A stretch of 54,890 bases of DNA, counting the filler, from Sphacelaria rigidula (Eukaryota): the NCBI GenBank assembly GCA_964200075.2. It is 4 parts of 4 records of this genome, joined end to end, with 100 filler letters (N's around TTAATTAATTAA, not from the genome) between each part and the next. Parts side by side here need not be neighbours in the genome. Positions count along the whole stretch, not along the records: positions 41,245 to 54,890 come from CAXNAA020002747.1; 3 more parts are not named here. One strand, written 5' to 3'. Positions within the stretch are counted from its first letter, which is position 1. Each line of letters opens with the position of its first letter. Under the pieces are notes generated by a model. The model saw only the letters and a program-made list of their open reading frames with translations, searched no databases and had not been told where the DNA came from. Positions 47,301 to 54,890 of this stretch are shown here, one piece after another. A program made the position numbers and the translations under genes.

Positions 47301-49541
47301 CCTCAGACAGCGAGCGTCGCCTCAGAATAGTTTCACAGGCAGACATTCCGGAGAATTTCGGGGTTTCCAGTGGCCGGGGGGGAGGTCTGTCCGCAGAGCA
47401 GCCGAAGAGCTCACGAAATTAATTGTGTGTTTGGAACTTTCCCGCGGAAACTCCTAAGCCAGGCACGAGGCCGGAGAGGCGCGAAATAACCATTCTAACC
47501 AATCACAGCCGTCAAAATGAGCACGTAGATCGTCTATAGGTGGACTACTTCGCTCTACCGGTATTTCTTGTTTTGGTCATGGGGATTCAACCAAAGATTC
47601 CATGGGTACAAAAAATCGATTCTCTACTTTGTTCGAGACCTGTGCCGCCTGTCGGATGCCCCATGTGTTGCCAGCATAGCTTCACACTATAATGTTGTTG
47701 TAGTACACCAAGTAGAGGACTCAGCAGCATGCGGTAAATTGTGTTCAGTTGAGAGATATGGAACCCTGACTATTTCTTGCCGTTGTGTCGAGCAGAGACA
47801 TACACACACATACTAACTCTGTACGCTATTGACTGCACTGTCGAAGCGGTCAGGGGTTCTCTGGAACAAGTTTCTGTATAGATGGCCAGCACTCAAATGA
47901 TCGTGTATTAAAGCGTTTTGTTGTAGCAAGAAAAGGGCTGTTTTGAACCCCCAAATGTGGCCTACGTACCATCTCAGTCCACCTGCGAGGGGGTCGCTGC
48001 GTCAGGGTTCAAGTGCGACGTGAAAACGACGTGAACAACGTGCAGCTTTGTATTGCCTGCACTGTACATGAAAGTACTCAAGTCGATCGCCCACCCTACC
48101 ACACAGTTTCGTCGCCGATTCCCACCATGAAAGATGCCCAAGTTTTGGCCAACGTAAGATGAACACATCATACCCAACTACTGCAGCAGTGTATCTACCC
48201 CTGTGCCAAACCCGTGCTCTATCCTGCAGGGTTGCGGTGGTAGCTGAGAATGAGTTGTGTGGGGTTTGCATGGTTCTGTGAACGGGTAGAATCTGGCGTG
48301 GTGATCTGCAAGATATGAGTCAAGTGCCCCCTCGTATCTTTCCTCCGCATGTTTTCGATCGAAAAAGTCCAAGGGCAGGTCGGGTAGGGTGTGTACTTTT
48401 GGATCCTCGAGTGAAATACCCGGGTATGTACTCCACCCAAGGTGTGGGTAGATTGGGCACAGCCTCAAATACTCAACCCATTTCTGGGTAGATTGGGAAC
48501 GACCTCGAATACTCCACCCAAATATTGGGTAAGCACCCTCAGCAATAACTGGGTAGAGAGTATAACTTGTGTGTGTGGGTGTGTGTTGCCATCCCATCAA
48601 TTGTGGACGCTGGTCTACACCTTTCGGTATATGTGGGCGCACCAGCCGGGGTGACACAGGAGGAAGGCCAACACAGGAGCTTTTTCCTTCTTGTTTTAGT
48701 TCTCCACCTTTTTTCTGCGGTGCTTGCCTTTTTTTTTTTTTATCGCGAGAGGGCTCCAGCTGCCCCTTTCAGTATCACTTGGGTACGACCTCAATGCTCT
48801 ACCCCCAAATCGGGTAGATTAGACACGACCTCAAATATTCTTTCAAAATATTGAGTGAGCTCTCTCACCAATACCTGGGTACACAGATTATCACTTGGGT
48901 ATAAACTCAATCTCTATCCAAATGTTTGGGTACTAGAAACGTGACTTTTAAAAAATACTGAGTATTGACTATACTCTACCCGACCTGTCCTTGAAGCATA
49001 GGTCGTTGATACCCAATTTGTAAATTGATCACTTCCGGCACCTGGTGCGGCAGGTACTGCTGTGAAGGATGGCTATGGTGCGCGTTCATTTTGGCTCATC
49101 ACGAGATACTGCAATGCGGTAAAGTAGTAATCCAGCGCAGTGCTCGGGACCGCACCCTCTCGAATGGTCATGTTGACCTTCATCAGCTGTTGTGCGAAAA
49201 TCAATCAGTCACCCCCGTTGGGGAGCCCACATGGTGGCCAGAGATGACCACACTGACATGAAAAACTGCACCGAAAGCACCAACAGAACGAGCATAACCT
49301 GCGACCTACTATTTCCAGCAACATCGCAAAATCAATAGGAAGGCTAGCCTACACATCGGATCATCTCGAGAGACCAACTCACCCCTCCCCGCACTCCCAC
49401 GATATTGTGCGCTCGACGCGTGTCCAGCTTTCCGGCCTCCTTCCCCAGGGTCACGGCAACTCCCGACCCCGACACTAGAAACGACTGCGCCAACGGCACC
49501 AGCGTTGCCACACCAGCGAGCGCTGCCCATTTCCGGACCAT
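41400..49541 (-). CDS. CPOX: Oxygen-dependent coproporphyrinogen III oxidase, plastid-targeted; first four exons (3' end off-contig)
   Basis: Exons 49541-49383 ([23 protein letters not shown]...), 43449-43387 (..SIGWDTHK), 42479-42342 ([46 protein letters not shown]), 41525-41400 ([42 protein letters not shown]). All introns phase 0, GT-AG. HemF signature GGGISRV..G..FEKAGVN.SVVYG. Confidence 0.94.
46715..47000. mobile_element. Truncated copy of the CAAGGGCAGGTCGGGTAG MITE
   Basis: Same left end and internal GGGTAGATTGGGTAC..CCTCAAATACT subrepeats as 48370-48993; right TIR missing. Confidence 0.7.
48370..48993. mobile_element. MITE with TIRs CAAGGGCAGGTCGGGTAG / CTACCCGACCTGTCCTTG, carrying a nested insertion
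   Basis: 18-bp near-perfect TIRs and internal subrepeats; lies in CPOX intron 1. Confidence 0.8.
48570..48770 (-). mobile_element. Short retroposon insertion (family D) with target-site duplication
   Basis: Flanked by AGTATAACTTG (48559-48569) and AGTATCACTTG (48771-48781). (CA)n tail on the minus strand. Second copy at 40990-41144. Confidence 0.78.
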
Positions 49542-50421
49542 GGTTGCCCCAACCCTCCGATTTGTGTGTTAGGTAGGAGGGGTCCGTGCTGCTGTTTGAG
49601 TACGGGCGCAAACGTATGGGTCAAAGGGGGATGACGGTGGCAGCCGCACCTCAAAGGGAGCGACGGTTGCATGACGACGGAGATGAACATTACTGTCTGT
49701 CAACCAAGTCTCTGAACCGCATGTTTTCGTACTGTTGTGCTTTTGTCATTTTTGGGGTGTATACGCATTATCTCAAATAGACAACAAAACATACACACAA
49801 GAACATCAACATCGGGCAAACAGCGACATATATCGTCAAAAGATAGGCTGGTGTTGAGTATGGCAAGTCTAGGCAAGTCTAGGTAGAGTGCTGGGTCATT
49901 GCAGAGAACGATACCGCTGTGCGGCTAGTTGAAGGGTTGCTCATGTAATGATGGCTTCGGCCGTGTTTACAGAGCCGCATTTTTTTCGCCGTACCACAAA
50001 TGCGATCAAAGGCGAAACAAGGAATGGTTTTTCCTTGAAAAATCTACAGCTAGACGTGAACATAGCAAAGCAGGGTTGCTCTCTCACCTTGCTGAGGTCC
50101 AGCTTTGCTCCGGTGCTGCCGTCCGAAGCCTGTCGGTGCTCAGTCTTACTGCTACGCGTGAAAAGTGTCATTGTATTTGAACTGTCCTTTAACATTTTTC
50201 GTTATAGAAAACGACAGTTTTGTAAAGTGTCAGGATGCGCTCGCATACACGGTCCGTTCATCGGCACACTTCTCCCATAAGGCCACGGCGAACGGTGAAG
50301 GCACATCGCGCACGATACATCGTGTGGGGAGCTGGCGTTATCCTGGATTATCGTGTGATTTTTTTTCGTCAGATTCTACACTGTGAGAATAGACGGCAAC
50401 AATCAGGAGCGAAAGAGACAC

Positions 50422-53400
50422 ATGCCCGTGGCGAATGGTACTCCAGGCCCAGCCAGTGATGCTTCAATCACCCAATTGCAACAGCAGCAGCAGCAGCAGC
50501 AGCAGGATGATTTGGGATTACTTCCTGTAGTCAAATTCTTGCAGAGTGCGCTCGCCATGAAGGCCAAGGTATGCGTGTCTATGTGTGCTCTTACGGAGAT
50601 TGCTCTCTCCCTCGCTCGCTTGCACCCAGAAACAGGATCAATGATATCTACTCCTCCGTTCCGTACAGCTGTCGACTGTCCGGTACTATCCGGACTACGC
50701 ACTCGCCTGTCACGTAACTACTGTACTACCTGTATACAGGACATAATGCAGTGTGCAGTGCGATGGATACCGATACGTTACATGCGTCTAAAAGTGATGG
50801 GAATGAGCACGCCTCTGCAACTTCACGCGATTTTTTCGTACAACGTGCGGCTCTTCAAGGTCGCGGATGGTTTGCTGCACGAGATATGATCTACAGTAAC
50901 GGTCGTTGCGAATGAGTGTTCTCTGTCCCTTGTTCGAGATCGTGGTTGTGGCGACACTGGCTTGTGCGGGGGAATCGTCATTTCGCTTCATCTTCACGAA
51001 ACAGCACAGGAACGTCCCGCTGCGCAACATCCCGTCCCAGCTGGTTTGCCCACTAAAATACTACTACTGTTTGTACGCACATCTTCGCTATTCACAGATA
51101 TTAGCTATACGACGTATCATTCCAATATTTTGGATGTGCAGATCTCTGACCGATGCTCAACTCTCAGCATGCGTGCTGTACAGGTTGGTTGAAGGAGAAC
51201 AAATAATAGTGAAATGTTGGCTGGGCGAACAGAACAGCAAGGCACGAAAAGTACCCCTTTGTTTTCATCTGTACAGCATGTTACAGACAGTTGCAAGGTT
51301 ATGTTCTGTAAGGTACGGGTACGTTCTGTAGGGTATGTGATTCCTTGCAGAACTTACAGAACTGTCGCGTACCGGTATGACAGTCTTGCAGGAAATACAG
51401 AACTTGTCGGGTATGGTATCGGAAGCTTACAGAAAAGTGGTACCGGCAATCGGGTAACTCTTTCAGGGTATACCCGCCCCTCGGGTTAGGCTTGGGTTAG
51501 GGTAAAGTTTTTGTACAGAACTCACAAAAATTATCGGGTAGGGTATGGAGGTTGCACAGAAAACCGTACCCGCGACCGGGTATCTCATTAAGAGCATACC
51601 CTTGCCCCCCGGTGACGGTACGGGAGGCTTACAGAACTCACAGAACTATCGGGTACCGGTATGGAAATCTTACAGAGTTTACAGAACTCTCGTGTACGGT
51701 AAATACCCGGCAAAATACCCCGGGTATACAAAACACCGTACCCTGCAGAACACGACCTTGGTATTATCATCATCCGACCTACGTCACTACAACAGTGGCG
51801 AAATACAGATGACAGTTCACGAAAACTCTGAACGGCTTTCACGGGGTTGATAGAGAAAGACTGCACGAGCAATCACGGTCGTACATTGATTGTCAACATC
51901 TATCGGTTTCACGTACACTCCCAGAGAGTACATGAAGGAGCATTCACGGCTGCCCGTTCTCTGGAAGCTCCTTCGGCACACGATAAAATCACCGACGGCC
52001 TTGACGACTTTCGGTGGCAGCTCATATACTCTGTGCTGTGCATGTCGGTGACAGTCTGGTGGGGTGTGATGACCACGACACAACCACCATCAACGTCGAT
52101 GACGTGCGTCTTGCTACGTGATCCTCTGGTGGCGTAGATGAACCACCCCCGCTCGAGCCACCACTCGCGAGTCTGGGGGTGATTGATCCTGACGGTATGC
52201 AGGGCTGATCATGTTTTGTGTTCCCACTCAGCGGTACCTCGTATCCCGTCAGATCCCGAACTGAAAACTTTTCAACATTGAATTATTCTTGGTGTGCAGT
52301 TTTGAATGAAGGAGTTGGGTGGGTTGATCGATGGGAGGTACATGTTCAGGTCATGAGGTGGTGTTTGGATTGAACCTATATCCGTACCTCCCCAAGGTAT
52401 ATGTATGTGCTCATACCTGCAATCGGGTATATCTAAAGCGGTATGCCCGAATCCCGGGTAGGGTGTGGGAGGCTTACAGAGCCCACAGAACTGTCGGGTA
52501 CCGGTACCAGATGAAAGTCTTACAGAAAACACTTACCGGCAATCGCGTATTTCTTCAAGAGCATACCCACGCTCCGGGTACTCGCGTACATTTTGTACAG
52601 TACTTACAGAACTGTCGGGTAAGGGTATGGGAGGCTTACAGAACTCACAGAAAGTGTCGGGTAGGGTATGGAGGTTGCACGGAAAACCGTACCCGCAATC
52701 AGGTATCTTATCAAGAGCGTACCCGTGCCCCCCGGTAACGGTACGGGAGTCTTACAGAGATTACTCAACTATCGGGTAAGGGTATGAAAGTCTTACAGAG
52801 ATTACAGAACTGTCGGATATCGGTATGAAAGTCTTACAGAAGTCACAGAACTGTCGGGTACGGTAAATACCCGGTAGAGTACCCCAGGTATACAGAAAAC
52901 CGTACCCTACCAAACACAACCTTGGATTCTTTGAATGGGCCGTGGAGGGACGACAGTTTGTCATGTATTCCAAATTGTTGACGGCAGTGATATGAGTTTA
53001 TTTTGGCATGGTTGAAATACCCTGTCTGTCGAAATGTTCATGTGCACAACGGACAGTATTGCTCGAATGTTCCTTGGATTTGGGATTTGACGATACGATG
53101 AACGTGGATATAATTCTAGGCGTAGGGTTATACAAGGCGCCCTCAATCCCCTTGTTGTGATGACTATTTGGCTACCTGGGCACGATCAGCTTTGGCCTAC
53201 CGTTGCTCTGAGGTCCAAGTGGGTCCTGCTGGTGAGCGATGGTTGTGGGAACTTTTGGCTTCTCGTCGTGACTGTATAATACAGGAGGATATCTGATTTC
53301 TGTGAAAATCTGGATTTGAACAGCTCACTGAGATTTGGACTTGGGAGCACTGTTTACACAGCTGTGCTCGCGGCAGATGCATACACGGCTCGAGCATTTG

Positions 53401-53756
53401 TTCGTGAGAACATACAGGACAAAGGTGTAGTGCGGCTGTTTTCTCGGGAGGCTACTGAGCTAAACTACATAATAATCATGGACCGTTTTCACTCTTGGGG
53501 TCTCGGGCCGTTTGTGGAGCACGGCAGCATCTTTTTCGCATATCTCTCCTCACCTTTGGTCAAGATGTTTTGTCAAAAATGGTAGTTACCCAAAATTCGG
53601 TCAGGATCCATCTTTTATAAAATCTCAGAAATATTTACTGACCACTCACCATCATTGGCCGAACGTTTTCTTTTACCATCTCTAGGTGAACTCGAACTTA
53701 TTTTAACGGCTGAACGCCGGCATGCACTGTTGTACGACACTTGCTTGCTACATTAG
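50422..53756 (+). CDS. Tentative small multi-exon gene of unknown function with an N-terminal polyQ tract, divergent from CPOX
   Basis: Exon 50422-50568 (MPVANG..Q9..AMKAK|GTATGC). Phase-compatible chain ~51142-51241 (GC donor), 51925-52013, 53324-53424, 53686-53756 (stop TAG). The link between exon 1 and the chain is unresolved. Confidence 0.45.
51294..51760. mobile_element. MITE with internal ~30-bp TACAGAACTGTCGGGTA subrepeats
   Basis: TIRs CAAGGTTATGTTCTGTAAGGTACGG / CCGTACCCTGCAGAACACGACCTTG. Confidence 0.75.
52392..52925. mobile_element. Second copy of the TACAGAACT-subrepeat MITE
   Basis: CCAAGGT ... CCGTACCCTACCAAACACAACCTTGG, with the same internal subrepeats as 51294-51760. Confidence 0.75.
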
Positions 53757-54117
53757 TACAGTGCTTTCGGGCATGTTTTAGACAGGAAGAAAACGAATTA
53801 ATATCGAACAAATAATCTTTAGCCATCCTCAATTGCAACAGAGCGTGGATAAAGTGCCACATAGTCTACAGCATCAGCGGAGCCTAAAGTCACAATCTTG
53901 AAATCTCCGCTGTCAACGACCATAACTTGGTACCACAACAGACGACATCCCTCCTATGGAATGAAGCAAAGGCCGAGAAAAGCAAGAAGCACTCGTCACA
54001 ATCCACCCAGCACAAAGCACACAGCACACACGTCAAGCCGCCTTGCCGTACCGCAGTGCCCGCCACATGGTACATGCGGGATAAAAACGATAACGAGGGA
54101 CAATAAATCAATCCACC

Positions 54118-54747
54118 TCAAAACAAGGCGCGCCTTGACGTCATATCAATGGATCCTGACCGACTCCCGATACCACCAGGCACAGATCCCATGGGTGGTG
54201 AGATGGACGACGAAACGTTCTCGTGGAAAAATGCGTCTTCAACACCGCTGGTGCCGCCCCTGCCCCATGCTAGGCCATCATCTGCAAAACTCGACGCCAT
54301 TGCGTTGCCCAAACTCCGCCCCATTAAGCTTCCGACCGCTACGGAACTCGACGGGGTAACCGACATGCTCTCCGTTATGCAAGCGTCCGCGAACTTTCGG
54401 GATACCGCCACGTCCACTTCGGAATCGTCATCACTACTGCTACTATTTTCACCAGCTGCCTCATCTTTGCCGTCCGATAAGCCGCCGCGTCGTTTCGCTT
54501 TATAACGCCGCGCGCGAGCGCGCGCCTTGAGCTCACCAGCGCCTCCCGCTTGATCCCTCAAGCTGACCGATCGCGGGTTTGTTCGATCGTCGTCGTCGTC
54601 GTCTATGTCACCGTCTCCGCCCGATGAAAAGTCTGACGAATCGCCGTCGGAGGAGGAGACACAGTCCGAGTCGGAGACACCAGTGGTGCTGGACGTGCGA
54701 GGTCTACGCATGCGGTCACGCGCTGAGGCCTCCTTGTCTTCTTGACC
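54118..54747 (-). CDS. Probable terminal exon of an acidic/Ser-rich protein (rest of gene off-contig)
   Basis: CCAG acceptor followed by a 630-nt open frame (GQEDKEASARDRMRRPRTSSTTG...SRRALF*), GC-rich, with Asp/Ser tracts. Confidence 0.6.
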   Translation of the reverse strand, partial: GQEDKEASARDRMRRPRTSSTTGVSDSDCVSSSDGDSSDFSSGGDGDIDDDDDDRTNPRSVSLRDQAGGAGELKARARARRYKAKRRGGLSDGKDEAAGENSSSSDDDSEVDVAVSRKFADACITESMSVTPSSSVAVGSLMGRSLGNAMASSFADDGLAWGRGGTSGVEDAFFHENVSSSISPPMGSVPGGIGSRSGSIDMTSRRALF

Positions 54748-54890
54748 CTGGACAACGCCATTAGATCAAAGCGTTGCGAGTGCATACAATGCGCGCGGGG
54801 GGGGGGGGGGGGGGGGGGTTCATAACCCCCCCACCCACCACCCCCACCCCCCCCACCCCCCCCCCCCCCACCCCCCCCACCAACCCGCCC

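Noticed and set aside
54149-54505. Plus-strand 118-aa ORF
   Set aside because: Shadow of the longer minus-strand frame, which has a proper acceptor and stop.

Overview
Eukaryotic, intron-rich DNA, most likely from a brown alga (Phaeophyceae). This is inferred from long GT-AG introns, a heterokont-type plastid-targeting presequence, brown-algal-type LINE 3' ends and frequent poly-G/C tracts. The window is not one locus. It is four contigs of 13,649, 13,649, 13,646 and 13,646 bp joined by identical 100-bp N44-TTAATTAATTAA-N44 linkers. Contig 1 holds 14 phase-compatible exons of a protein built from bacterial-adhesin-like Ig-fold repeats (DUF7507/DUF11 type) with many N-glycosylation sequons; this is the most interesting item. 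Contig 2 holds tubulin-specific chaperone C (TBCC, 7 exons, one GC-AG intron) among MITEs, minisatellites and a large palindrome. Contig 3 holds a decayed Ty1/copia element upstream of two exons of an ankyrin-repeat gene, plus a convergent large low-complexity gene. Contig 4 holds the 5' half of a plastid coproporphyrinogen III oxidase, a tentative divergent polyQ gene and the last exon of another gene. All gene models were spliced and translated by hand; no database searches were run.
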